Shown here: in pieces, positions 1 through 8,834 of the stretch
Numbering within the stretch: position 1 is the stretch's first letter
Layout of the letters: every line of letters starts with the position of its first letter
Translations under genes and position numbers: made by a program
Assembly (NCBI GenBank): GCA_944377385.1
Contig: CALWET010000095.1
Coordinates: 2,683-66,682, forward strand
Reading direction: 5' to 3'
DNA length: 64,000 bases
DNA from: an uncultured Lachnospiraceae bacterium
Lineage (GTDB): Bacteria; Bacillota; Clostridia; Lachnospirales; Lachnospiraceae
The notes under the pieces: model-generated
Database searches by the model: none
What the model was told of the DNA's origin: nothing
What the model saw: the letters and a program-made list of their open reading frames with translations, nothing else

Positions 1-58
1 CTTGCACGGTACTTTGAAATGAATGTGGAAGATATATTTATTTACGAGGAGGCAAATG

Positions 59-463
59 ATGAAAAATAAAAAATATACCATATATATCATTGAGATGGTG
101 GCAGGAGTGCTCATAAATATGCTGGCATTTTCCGGGACTGTGTCAGATCCCAGCGTACTTACCGGTATAGGCTCTGGCATACTTGTTGTAGGACTTGTAC
201 AGCTTTTAAGGACAATGCGGATAGAGCGTGATCCCGAGCTTAAAAAGCGGGTAGAGACTGCGTCAAAGGATGAGAGATACGCATTTATATCCATGAAGGC
301 AAAGGAAGCTGCATTTGCGATATATCTGATCATTGCAGCTGTGATCTGTATGGCATGTCTGATACTTGGATATGAAAGAGAGGGCATGACAGCTGCTGTA
401 TCCATATGCCTGCTGGTCATACTGTACACGATCATGTTCCGCATACTTGCCAAAAAATATTAA
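59..463 (+). CDS. small polytopic membrane protein, function unknown
   Basis: This is ORF 23..463. The preferred start is ATG 59, 6 nt after GAGGAGG (46-52). It has four hydrophobic segments (VAGVLINMLAF, GSGILVVGLVQLL, AAFAIYLIIAAVICMACLIL, AAVSICLLVILYTIMF) and no catalytic motif. Confidence 0.5.
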   Translation: MKNKKYTIYIIEMVAGVLINMLAFSGTVSDPSVLTGIGSGILVVGLVQLLRTMRIERDPELKKRVETASKDERYAFISMKAKEAAFAIYLIIAAVICMACLILGYEREGMTAAVSICLLVILYTIMFRILAKKY

Positions 464-586
464 AACGGAATGAGCAGGATGATTCGCTTATTTTTATTTT
501 ATTCCAGAACTTAAAAGTACATGAAAACTTTCTCGATGGCATTCGTATATATGTTAGAAGGATATATGAAACAGAGGAGGTGGCAT

Positions 587-1924
587 ATGAAAAAAAATTA
601 TATGATATTCTGTGCGGCGGCGGTGTTTTCGGTACTTGCATGTGGATGCGCTGAAGCAGGCGACAGCAAAAATGCAGATAGTGTGGAGGCCGCAGCAGTT
701 GAAGATCCTGATATCCCGATAGATGACTATGAGGCCTGGAATGAACTCCTTTCTGAAAATGATCCAGATACTGAGTTTAAGGAAAGCCTTTTGGATTTCG
801 CCTTTGAAAGCGCAGAAGCAATACTCCCAATGGAAGAGGGCAATGCTGTCTACAGTCCTTTAAGCCTGTATTATGCCCTGTCCATACTTGGCATGGGTGC
901 AGCAGGGGATACTGAGACAGAGATACTTGAGGCTCTGCATATCGATGATAAGGCAGAGCTGTCAAAGCAGTGTGCAAAGCTTTACCTGAGGTATGCCTAT
1001 ACAGAGGAAAGAGAAAGGCTCCTCAGGGAGGAGTATGGAGAGGAGGCCCCGGACAGCTCCATAAGGCTTGCGAATTCCTTATGGATATCCGATGATATAA
1101 GCCTGAGGCCTGAGTATCAGGAGATATGTGCAGAGGACTTTTATGCATCATCCTACAATGTTGACTTCAAGGATGAGGAGACCCCAGGGAAGATGGGAAA
1201 ATGGATCTCCGATCAGACTCAGGGCGTGCTTGAGCCTGAGCTGGAGCTTTCTCCGGATACTGTCCTTGCCATCATCAATACCTTATACTTTTATGGCGGC
1301 TGGCAGACCAGGTTCAGCGAGGAGCTTACTGAGGAAGATACATTTACTCTGGAGGATGGATCGGAGGTAAGAGTGCCTTTTATGCACAGGACCGATACCA
1401 TGGCCGGGTTTATAAGGGGTGAAGGCTATAAGCTTTCCGGCCTTTCCACAAGTAATAACTGTGAGCTCTTATTCCTGCTCCCGGATGAGGGGACTGACAT
1501 AGGAAAGCTTATGGAGGACAGCGGAGGATTAAAGGCGCTGCTTGCAGAAACGGAGGGCAAATGGGAAACTGGCGAGGTGATCTGGAAGATACCCAAGTTT
1601 TCCTTTGGCTCAAGCTTCGATCTTAAGGAAGCCCTTAGGTCCATGGGCATGGAAAGCATGTTCGACAGCATGACTGCAGTTTTTTATGACATGTCCAAGG
1701 ATCCCCTTTATGTGGACAGAGCCATACAGGAAGCTCATATAGGGGTGGATGAAGAGGGCATAGAGGGAGCTGCCTATACCATGATAGCCATGGCCGAGGG
1801 CAGTGCCTTGATGATGGAGGAGCCGGAGGTAATTGAGATGGATCTGGACAGGCCATTCCTGTTTGCGGTCCATGATTACAGAAACGATGTCTGGCTGTTT
1901 CTTGGAGTATGCAAAGAGCCTTGA
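587..1924 (+). CDS. serpin-family serine protease inhibitor, predicted lipoprotein
   Basis: This is ORF 521..1924. The internal ATG 587 follows GAGGAGG and gives the signal peptide MKKNYMIFCAAAVFSVLAC with lipobox VLAC. The serpin N-terminal signature is NAVYSPLSLYYALSILGMGAAGDTETEILEAL. The hinge/RCL EEGIEGAAYTMIAMAEGSALMM is followed by DRPFLFAV. Confidence 0.85.
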   Translation: MKKNYMIFCAAAVFSVLACGCAEAGDSKNADSVEAAAVEDPDIPIDDYEAWNELLSENDPDTEFKESLLDFAFESAEAILPMEEGNAVYSPLSLYYALSILGMGAAGDTETEILEALHIDDKAELSKQCAKLYLRYAYTEERERLLREEYGEEAPDSSIRLANSLWISDDISLRPEYQEICAEDFYASSYNVDFKDEETPGKMGKWISDQTQGVLEPELELSPDTVLAIINTLYFYGGWQTRFSEELTEEDTFTLEDGSEVRVPFMHRTDTMAGFIRGEGYKLSGLSTSNNCELLFLLPDEGTDIGKLMEDSGGLKALLAETEGKWETGEVIWKIPKFSFGSSFDLKEALRSMGMESMFDSMTAVFYDMSKDPLYVDRAIQEAHIGVDEEGIEGAAYTMIAMAEGSALMMEEPEVIEMDLDRPFLFAVHDYRNDVWLFLGVCKEP

Positions 1925-1954
1925 ATGTGCTCAGGAAGGAGAGGGAGAGATATT

Positions 1955-2389
1955 ATGAGTGAAGCGATCCTGAATAAAAGAGAAAAGATCATCCGTTTAT
2001 GGTTTGATATGTGGCTTCAAAGGCAGGATCTTGGCATATCTGATATATTTTCTGACGATGCGGTCTATACAGAAAGCTGGGGCCCTGAGTATCATGGCAC
2101 TGCAAAGATCAGGCTTTGGTTTGAAGAATGGAATACTCGCGGGTCCGTCCTTCAATGGGATATCAGGCAGTTCTTCCATAAAGGGGATCAGACTGTTGTC
2201 GAATGGTATTTTAAATGTCAGATGGAGGACGAGAGGACAGACGCCTTTGACGGAGTTTCCTTGATCGAATGGACGGATGATGACAGGATAAGGCTTCTCA
2301 AGGAGTTCGGGTGCAATATCAATAACTATGATCCCTATCAATACGGGGACACACCACAGTTCAATGACGAAAAAGTGGGCTGGTTTTAA
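1955..2389 (+). CDS. NTF2-like (SnoaL-like) domain protein
   Basis: This is ORF 1925..2389. ATG 1955 follows GGAGAGGGAG. The roughly 145-aa size and the pattern WFDMW..DIFSDDAVYTES..G...I..WF..W......W.I.....GDQTVVEWYF are typical of the SnoaL/NTF2 fold. Confidence 0.55.
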   Translation: MSEAILNKREKIIRLWFDMWLQRQDLGISDIFSDDAVYTESWGPEYHGTAKIRLWFEEWNTRGSVLQWDIRQFFHKGDQTVVEWYFKCQMEDERTDAFDGVSLIEWTDDDRIRLLKEFGCNINNYDPYQYGDTPQFNDEKVGWF

Positions 2390-2472
2390 CAGTACAGAGA
2401 CGGGCATACAGATGCTTGCCGGCAGGAGCAGTGAAGTAGGACAAGAAAAAAGCAAAGTTGATTATTAAGTGA

Positions 2473-2501
2473 TTGACTGTTTTCTAACAAGGAATTATAA
2501 T
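2473..2501 (+). promoter_or_regulatory. sigma-A type promoter for pckA
   Basis: TTGACT (2473-2478), a 17-nt spacer, then TATAAT (2496-2501), about 60 nt upstream of the pckA ATG. Confidence 0.55.
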
Positions 2502-2562
2502 GTATTCGGTTAAGATTGTATTTATTTGGGTACAATATTTTATCTTTCAAGGAGGCTTTTAA

Positions 2563-4146
2563 ATGGTAACCTACGGAATAGAAAAATTAGGCATTACGGC
2601 TCCCAAGGCTGTATATCGCAATCTGTGTCCGGCAGATCTGACAGAAAGGGCGATCATTACAGGTGAGGGCAGGCTTACAGATACCGGGGCACTGTCTGTT
2701 ATGACCGGAAAATACACAGGACGTTCCCCCAAGGATAAATTCATTGTGGATTCTGAGGGAGTGCATGACAAGATAGCCTGGGGCAGCGTGAATATGCCCA
2801 TAAAGAGAGAGGTATTTGAGGCCATAAAGAAGGAGATGGTAGAATATCTCAACGGCAGGGATATTTATATCTTCGATGGCTTTGCAGGCGCAGATCCCAA
2901 GTGCACAAGAAAGTTCAGGATAGTAAATGAGATGCCCTCACAGAACCTGTTCATCCATCAGCTTCTGATCAGGCCCACAAAGGAAGAGCTTGAGAGCTTT
3001 GGAGAGGCAGATTTCACGATCATCGTAGCTCCCGGCTATAAGTGTGATCCTGCAAAGTTCGGCATCAATTCCGAGGCTGCCATCGTTATAGATTATGAGG
3101 CAAAGCAGGCCATTATCGCAGGCTCTCAGTATTCCGGAGAGATCAAGAAGTCCGTATTTTCCATCATGAACTACCTGATGCCTGTTGAGGACAATGTCCT
3201 TCCCATGCACTGCTCTGCAAACATGGATCCTGAGACCCATGAGACTGCTGTATTCTTCGGACTTTCAGGCACCGGCAAGACCACTCTTTCAGCAGATCCC
3301 AACCGCAAGCTGATAGGTGATGACGAGCATGGTTGGTCAGATCACGGTATCTTTAACTTCGAGGGCGGCTGCTACGCAAAGTGCATCGACCTTGAGGAGG
3401 AAAAGGAGCCCGAGATCTACCATGCCATAAAGTTCGGTTCTCTCGTGGAGAATGTTGTCCTGGATGAGGACAGACATCCTGATTATCATGATGGCTCAGT
3501 TACTGAGAATACACGTGTAGGTTATCCCATAGATTATATAGACAATGCGCAGATACCCGGTGAGGGTGGAATACCCAAGGTCGTCATCTTCCTTACTGCC
3601 GATGCCTTTGGAGTCCTTCCTCCTATCTCAAAGCTTTCAGAGGATGCAGCCATGTACCACTTCGTTACGGGCTTTACCTCAAAGCTTGCCGGTACAGAGA
3701 GAGGCATAACTGAGCCTCAGCCCACCTTCTCCACACTTTTCGGAGAGCCCTTCATGCCTCTGGATGCTTCAGTATATGCAAATATGCTTGGAGAAAGGAT
3801 CGAGAAATACGGTACAAAGGTATACCTTGTGAACACAGGCTGGACAGGCGGCCCTTATGGAGTAGGCTCACGTATGAAGCTTTCCTATACCAGAGCCATG
3901 GTCACGGCTGCTCTTAATGGAGAGCTTGAAAAGGTAGAATACAAGCATGATGATGTATTCAATGTAGATATACCTCAGAGCTGCCCTGCAGTGCCTGCCG
4001 AGATCCTCAACCCCAGGAATACATGGGCAGACAAGGCTGCATATGATGCACAGGCTAAAAAGCTTGCCGGCATGTTCGCAGATAACTTTGCAAAGAAATA
4101 CCCCAACATGCCAAAGAACATAGCTGAGGCAGGTCCCAGGGCCTGA
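2563..4146 (+). CDS. pckA: phosphoenolpyruvate carboxykinase (ATP)
   Basis: 527 aa. It carries the kinase-1a loop GLSGTGKTTLS, IGDDEHGW and NTGWTGGPYG, collinear with ATP-dependent PckA. An AAGGAGG RBS lies upstream. Confidence 0.95.
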   Translation: MVTYGIEKLGITAPKAVYRNLCPADLTERAIITGEGRLTDTGALSVMTGKYTGRSPKDKFIVDSEGVHDKIAWGSVNMPIKREVFEAIKKEMVEYLNGRDIYIFDGFAGADPKCTRKFRIVNEMPSQNLFIHQLLIRPTKEELESFGEADFTIIVAPGYKCDPAKFGINSEAAIVIDYEAKQAIIAGSQYSGEIKKSVFSIMNYLMPVEDNVLPMHCSANMDPETHETAVFFGLSGTGKTTLSADPNRKLIGDDEHGWSDHGIFNFEGGCYAKCIDLEEEKEPEIYHAIKFGSLVENVVLDEDRHPDYHDGSVTENTRVGYPIDYIDNAQIPGEGGIPKVVIFLTADAFGVLPPISKLSEDAAMYHFVTGFTSKLAGTERGITEPQPTFSTLFGEPFMPLDASVYANMLGERIEKYGTKVYLVNTGWTGGPYGVGSRMKLSYTRAMVTAALNGELEKVEYKHDDVFNVDIPQSCPAVPAEILNPRNTWADKAAYDAQAKKLAGMFADNFAKKYPNMPKNIAEAGPRA

Positions 4147-4166
4147 ACCTGAAATGAGCTGATCAT

Positions 4167-4201
4167 GCCCGGAGCCAAGGATTTGGCTTCGGGCATTTTT
4201 T
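4167..4201 (+). terminator. rho-independent terminator after pckA
   Basis: The stem GCCCGGAGCCAA / TTGGCTTCGGGC has one G-U pair, a short loop, and is followed by ATTTTTTAT. Confidence 0.7.
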
Positions 4202-4323
4202 ATGCGGTCTTTATGCAATCTTTATATTGGCCGCTTCAATTTAATGTCATCTTAACCCTCGATACTGCAAAATGACATATGCTAAAGAGGCCCTGTGGGC
4301 CAAGGAACAGAGGTAGTTATATT

Positions 4324-5694
4324 ATGACGATGTTTACCCTGGAGCAGCAGGGAAAGGCTGCGGAGAAAAGGCCTAAAACCATACTTACGCCTTTTCGTAT
4401 CATAATACTGGGATTTGCTTCCATCATTTTACTTGGAGCATTGCTCCTGATGCTTCCGATCGCGTCAAACAGCGGCGAGGTGACCCCATTTATAGATACT
4501 CTGTTTACTGCCACATCGGCAGTGTGCGTTACTGGACTGATAGCCTATGACACCGCAGTCCACTGGACGCTTTTCGGACAGGTGGTCATAATCACGCTGA
4601 TACAGATAGGCGGTATGGGAGTTGTGACCATAGCCCTTATGATAGCCTTGGCGGCAGGAAAGCGTATAGGACTCAGAGAGCGCAGCCTGATGCAGGATAC
4701 CATATCTGCTCCAAAGGTGGGAGGCATAGTCAGGCTCACCGGATTTATCATAAAGGGGACCTTCCTTATAGAGCTTATTGGAGCTGTTATCATGGCTCCC
4801 TCCTTCTGTATGGATCATGGCCTCATTAAAGGCCTTTGGATGGCTGTGTTCCATTCGATATCAGCCTTCTGTAATGCAGGCTTCGATATCCTTGGTACGG
4901 CTGATGAACAGTTCGTATCAGTGACCGGCTATGTATCAGATCCCTTTGTCAGTCTGACCATATCCTTCCTGATCATCATAGGAGGTATAGGCTTCCTGAC
5001 CTGGGATGACATAAAGACCAACAAGCTCAGCTTCAAAAAGTACAGGACTCAGTCAAAGGTCATACTGTTCACCACCTTTTTGCTGCTGCTGCTCCCTACG
5101 GTCTACTTTTTCTTCTTTGAGTTCCAGGATATGGACCTTGGGACCAGGCTGCTTGCTTCCTTTTTCCAGTCCACCACGCCAAGGACGGCAGGCTTCAATA
5201 CAGTGGATCTGACTGCCATGTCCCAGGCTGGGCAGGTGCTTTTGGCGATATTGATGCTGATAGGAGGATCTCCCGGAGGTACTGCAGGCGGTATGAAAAC
5301 GACCACGCTGGCAGTATTGGTGGCAAATACCAGGGCTGTTTTTACCCGCAGCACGGAGGCCCAGGTATTTAAGCGCAGGATACCGGACGATACCATAAAG
5401 AATGCAGCCACCATAGCCATGATGTATATAGTGCTCTGCGTTTTCTGTGCGCTGTTCATAAGCCGTGTAGAGGCATGTACCTTTGTGGAGGCGGTTTTTG
5501 AGACTGCATCGGCTGTGGGTACGGTAGGTCTGACCCTTGGCATCACGCCGGGGCTTGAGGCAGCGTCGAAGATAGTTTTGATCGCGCTTATGTTTTTGGG
5601 CAGGGTCGGCGGACTGACCATCATATTTGCCGCTCTTCCTGCTACTAAGAATAAATATTCTAAGCTTCCTCAGGACAGGATAGCAGTAGGCTAA
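4324..5694 (+). CDS. ktrB: TrkH/KtrB-family potassium transporter membrane subunit
   Basis: This is ORF 4279..5694, with ATG 4324 preferred. It is polytopic with repeated pore-loop glycine motifs (QIGGMGV, NAGFD, IGGIGF, TAGF, IGGSPGGTAGGMKT, GTVGLTLG) typical of the TrkH/KtrB fold. It is followed by a KtrA-size RCK gene. Confidence 0.85.
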   Translation: MTMFTLEQQGKAAEKRPKTILTPFRIIILGFASIILLGALLLMLPIASNSGEVTPFIDTLFTATSAVCVTGLIAYDTAVHWTLFGQVVIITLIQIGGMGVVTIALMIALAAGKRIGLRERSLMQDTISAPKVGGIVRLTGFIIKGTFLIELIGAVIMAPSFCMDHGLIKGLWMAVFHSISAFCNAGFDILGTADEQFVSVTGYVSDPFVSLTISFLIIIGGIGFLTWDDIKTNKLSFKKYRTQSKVILFTTFLLLLLPTVYFFFFEFQDMDLGTRLLASFFQSTTPRTAGFNTVDLTAMSQAGQVLLAILMLIGGSPGGTAGGMKTTTLAVLVANTRAVFTRSTEAQVFKRRIPDDTIKNAATIAMMYIVLCVFCALFISRVEACTFVEAVFETASAVGTVGLTLGITPGLEAASKIVLIALMFLGRVGGLTIIFAALPATKNKYSKLPQDRIAVG

Positions 5695-5710
5695 GGAGGT
5701 AATATTTATC

Positions 5711-6358
5711 ATGAAATCAGTACTTTTGATAGGACTTGGAAGGTTTGGCAGACATGTGGCTGAGGAGCTTTATGCTCTTGGACATGAGGTCATGGCCATA
5801 GATAAGGACGAGGAAAGAGTAGAGGACGTCATGTCCTATGTGACAAGTGCCCAGATAGGTGACAGCACAAAGCAGGAATTCCTGGAGACCCTTGGAATAA
5901 GCAATTTTGATCTTTGCATAGTCACGATCAGCTCCAATTTCCAGAGCTCCCTTGAGACCACATCCCTGCTGAAGGAGCTTGGCGCTAAATTCGTAGTATC
6001 CAGGGCCGCAAGGGATGTACAGGCAAAATTCCTTCTCAGGAACGGAGCCGATGAGGTGGTATATCCTGAAAGGCAGCTTGCAAAGTGGACGGCCATACGC
6101 TACAGCTCTGATCATATCCTTGATTACGTAGAGCTGGAGGATGACTATGCCATTTTCGAGGTGAATGTACCTGATGGCTGGGTAGGAAAGACGGTGGGTG
6201 CTCTGGATATAAGGAATACCTATCATATAAATATCATGGCTCTCAGGGAAAATGGAAACCTGGAGATGGCCATAAACGCAAATACCGTACTGAAAGCAGA
6301 CCAGACCATGCTCGTTCTCGGGCATTATCAGGACGTACGCAAGTGCTTCCATATATAA
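5711..6358 (+). CDS. ktrA: TrkA/KtrA-family potassium uptake regulatory subunit (RCK, NAD-binding)
   Basis: 215 aa. It has an N-terminal Rossmann motif LIGLGRFGRHVAEEL and a C-terminal TrkA_C-like segment (VGKTVGALDIR). Confidence 0.85.
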   Translation: MKSVLLIGLGRFGRHVAEELYALGHEVMAIDKDEERVEDVMSYVTSAQIGDSTKQEFLETLGISNFDLCIVTISSNFQSSLETTSLLKELGAKFVVSRAARDVQAKFLLRNGADEVVYPERQLAKWTAIRYSSDHILDYVELEDDYAIFEVNVPDGWVGKTVGALDIRNTYHINIMALRENGNLEMAINANTVLKADQTMLVLGHYQDVRKCFHI

Positions 6359-6373
6359 TATTCAAGGAATGTC

Positions 6374-8134
6374 ATGAAGAGCCTTCTCTTACTTGTTGAC
6401 GTTGTCATAGCCTTTTCTTTGTGCTATTTTATTATAAGGTTCATAGCCGTTGGCTTTAGCGGCAGGGCCGGCACAAGACAGGACAGGTTAGCTCCTGCAA
6501 AGACAGAGTCGATAATGAAAAAAATCATAAAGATACTTTTCGGAGTCTCCGGAGAAGAGCTGTTCAGGGAGGAAAGGCCTCTGGCAGGCAAAAAGAGCCA
6601 AAAGGACAGATGGCTGCCGGACATACCCGATCTGCTTCGCATATTTATTATCCTTTTGGTGGCCACTGCCCTGGGCTATCTGGTGGATAACCTTATAGCC
6701 TCAGAGGCAGCAGTCATCAGTGTATACATGCTGGCCGTACTGCTCATAGCCCTTGGAGCCGAATGTAGGCTGACGGCACCCATAGCCTCGGTGCTTTGCC
6801 TTCTGATATATGATTTTGTATTTATAAAACCAAGATTCATATTCGTATCCTATGGACGGGAATACTCATTTATCTTTATTCTGATGTGCATAGTTTCAGT
6901 CCTTACGGGTACATTGACCCAGAGACTCAAGGCAAGTGCCAGAGAGGCCGGAAGCTCGGCCAGAGCCTCGAGACTGCTGTTTGAAACAAATCAGCTTATG
7001 CAGCAGGCATCGGATGAGCAGCAGATCCTGGAGGCCTTTGCAAATCAGTTAAAGAGGCTGCTCAGGCATACCGTGATCATTTATCAGATAAGGGATGGCG
7101 GGCTTTCTGATTCCAGGATTTTTTCCTTATCCGACAAGGTCATTGCTGACACGGGAGCTCTGTCGGATAACGAAAGGCTCGCTGCTGACTGGGCATACAG
7201 ACACAATGATTTTTCCGGGAGAGGAACATCCATTTATCCCGAAAGCCTGTGTCTGAACATGCCGATAGCCATAAATGACAAGGTATATGGAATAGCTTCG
7301 GTGCCTGAATGTGATCTTTTTTCCGGGGTGGATGACAGCAGCATAGTGATCTCCATGCTGGGAGAGTGTGCCCTGGCCATGGAAAATCAGGAAAACCAGA
7401 GGGCAAAGGAGGCCGCAGATGTGATGGCAAGGAGCGAGAGGCTCAGAGCCAACCTGCTGCGTACTCTTTCCCATGATCTTCGTACGCCGCTGACTTCCAT
7501 ATATGGCAATGCCAGCAACCTGCTCAACAACGAGGCAGCCCTGACTCAGGAGATCAAGCATCAGATGTATGAGGATATATACGATGATGCCATCTGGCTT
7601 ACAGGGCTTGTGGAAAATCTCCTTAGCATAACCCGTATAGAGGACAAGGAGATGAGGTTAAATATCAGGGACGAGCTTGTGGACGAGGTGATCCATGAGG
7701 CCACAAGGCGCTTTTCCAGAAGCAGCGGTGATCACGAGATATCCATAAAAAGCAATGATGACTTTATATTTGCCAGGATGGATGCAAAGCTTATCATACA
7801 GGTGCTTATAAATCTTATTTCAAATGCCATCAAGTATACGCCGGCTGGTTCGCATATAGAGGTGGTCGTGGAAAAAAAGGAAAATGTCGTCAGGCTGAGT
7901 GTGGCGGATGACGGCCCTGGTATAGCAGATGAGGATAAGGAAAAGGTATTTGAAAGGTTTTATACCGCAGGAGACAGCTCAGAACATGGCACACGCAGCA
8001 TAGGGCTTGGCCTTTATCTCTGCCGCTCTATCGTTGAGGCCCATGGCAGTAAGCTGATCCTTTCAGACAATATTCCGCAGGGCTCGGTATTTTCCTTTGA
8101 GCTGCCTGCCGGGGAGGTGGATATACATGGATAA
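6374..8134 (+). CDS. KdpD-type sensor histidine kinase lacking the N-terminal KdpD/Usp module
   Basis: A DUF4118-like four-helix membrane block (LRIFIILLVATALGY ... FIFILMCIVSVLTGTL) is followed by a GAF-like linker, an H-box LSHDLRTPLTSIYGNAS, an N-box SNAIKYTP and G-boxes DDGPGI / GLGLYL. The start is uncertain (ATG 6374 or 6515). At 586 aa or fewer it is about 300 aa shorter than E. coli KdpD. Confidence 0.75.
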   Translation: MKSLLLLVDVVIAFSLCYFIIRFIAVGFSGRAGTRQDRLAPAKTESIMKKIIKILFGVSGEELFREERPLAGKKSQKDRWLPDIPDLLRIFIILLVATALGYLVDNLIASEAAVISVYMLAVLLIALGAECRLTAPIASVLCLLIYDFVFIKPRFIFVSYGREYSFIFILMCIVSVLTGTLTQRLKASAREAGSSARASRLLFETNQLMQQASDEQQILEAFANQLKRLLRHTVIIYQIRDGGLSDSRIFSLSDKVIADTGALSDNERLAADWAYRHNDFSGRGTSIYPESLCLNMPIAINDKVYGIASVPECDLFSGVDDSSIVISMLGECALAMENQENQRAKEAADVMARSERLRANLLRTLSHDLRTPLTSIYGNASNLLNNEAALTQEIKHQMYEDIYDDAIWLTGLVENLLSITRIEDKEMRLNIRDELVDEVIHEATRRFSRSSGDHEISIKSNDDFIFARMDAKLIIQVLINLISNAIKYTPAGSHIEVVVEKKENVVRLSVADDGPGIADEDKEKVFERFYTAGDSSEHGTRSIGLGLYLCRSIVEAHGSKLILSDNIPQGSVFSFELPAGEVDIHG

Positions 8135-8834
8135 GGCCCTGATACTTGTGGTCGAGGACGATTATGCCATACGTAATCTGGTGACGGCTACATTAAAGAC
8201 CCAGGATTACAGATATATAACCGCTGCCAATGGAGAAACAGCCATAGCCGAGGCAGCATCCCACAATCCGGACATAGTCCTTCTGGATCTGGGGCTTCCT
8301 GACATGGATGGGGTAAAGGTCATAAAACGCATACGTACCTGGTCGAATATGCCCATCATAGTCATAAGTGCCAGGACTGAGGACAGCGACAAGATCGAGG
8401 CCCTTGACGCAGGGGCAGACGATTATCTTACCAAGCCCTTTTCGGTAGAGGAGCTGCTGGCCAGGCTCAGGGCTACGCTGAGGAGGCTTTCAGCGGCAGA
8501 AAATGCTGGCTTTGCCGGAGGCTCGGTATTTGAAAATGGTGAGCTCAGGATAGACTATGCTGCCGGCTGTGCCTACCTTGCCGGAGAGGAGCTGCATCTG
8601 ACTCCCATCGAATATAAGCTTCTGTGCCTTATGGCCCGGAATGTGGGCAAGGTACTGACACATACATATATCACTGGAAAGATCTGGGGCAGCAGCTGGG
8701 ACAGTGACATAGCCTCCCTCAGGGTGTTTATGGCCTCCCTCAGGAAAAAGCTGGAATCAAGGCCCGGATCGCCGGAATATATACAGACCCATATAGGAGT
8801 GGGATACCGGATGGTCAAGGTTGACGTTATCTGA
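8127..8834 (+). CDS. kdpE: KdpE-like OmpR-family response regulator
   Basis: This is ORF 8097..8834, with ATG 8127 (MDKALILVVEDD) preferred. The segment VISARTEDSDKIEALDAGADDYLTKPF...RLRATLRR is near-identical in pattern to E. coli KdpE. A winged-helix C-terminus is present (GVGYRM). Confidence 0.8.
   Translation: MDKALILVVEDDYAIRNLVTATLKTQDYRYITAANGETAIAEAASHNPDIVLLDLGLPDMDGVKVIKRIRTWSNMPIIVISARTEDSDKIEALDAGADDYLTKPFSVEELLARLRATLRRLSAAENAGFAGGSVFENGELRIDYAAGCAYLAGEELHLTPIEYKLLCLMARNVGKVLTHTYITGKIWGSSWDSDIASLRVFMASLRKKLESRPGSPEYIQTHIGVGYRMVKVDVI

Noticed and set aside
521-586. N-terminal extensions proposed by the ORF track, at 23, 521, 1925, 4279, 8097, 30542, 37809, 41905, 45101, 47623, 48422, 51179, 55698, and on the minus strand at 55627, 59465 and 62228.
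   Set aside because: In each case an internal start is preceded by a good Shine-Dalgarno sequence. That start gives a canonical N-terminus (signal peptide, lipobox or family-typical first residues). The extension also overlaps the preceding gene or a terminator.
2500-2520. cre (CcpA) site near the pckA promoter (TGTATTCGGTTAAGA).
   Set aside because: It is only a partial resemblance to the TGWAANCGNTNWCA consensus. The central CG is present, but the arms are not palindromic.
4202-4323. Possible c-di-AMP (ydaO/kimA-type) riboswitch upstream of ktrB.
   Set aside because: The leader is only about 120 nt. I could not find the conserved ACGGGGA / CCCGAATCC-type elements or the pseudo-twofold symmetric helices expected for that riboswitch. 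An Rfam covariance scan would be needed to be certain.
5053-6352. Long minus-strand ORFs (5053-5712, 5103-5624, 5717-6352). Similar ones occur elsewhere, e.g. 14367-14888, 25275-25910, 29772-30317, 36632-37312, 38463-39224, 42894-43424, 55581-56126 and 57457-58083.
   Set aside because: Each lies entirely antisense to a plus-strand gene with strong family motifs. Their translations are low-complexity or enriched in S/L/R/P/C, and none has an RBS or recognisable motif. I treat them as shadow ORFs.
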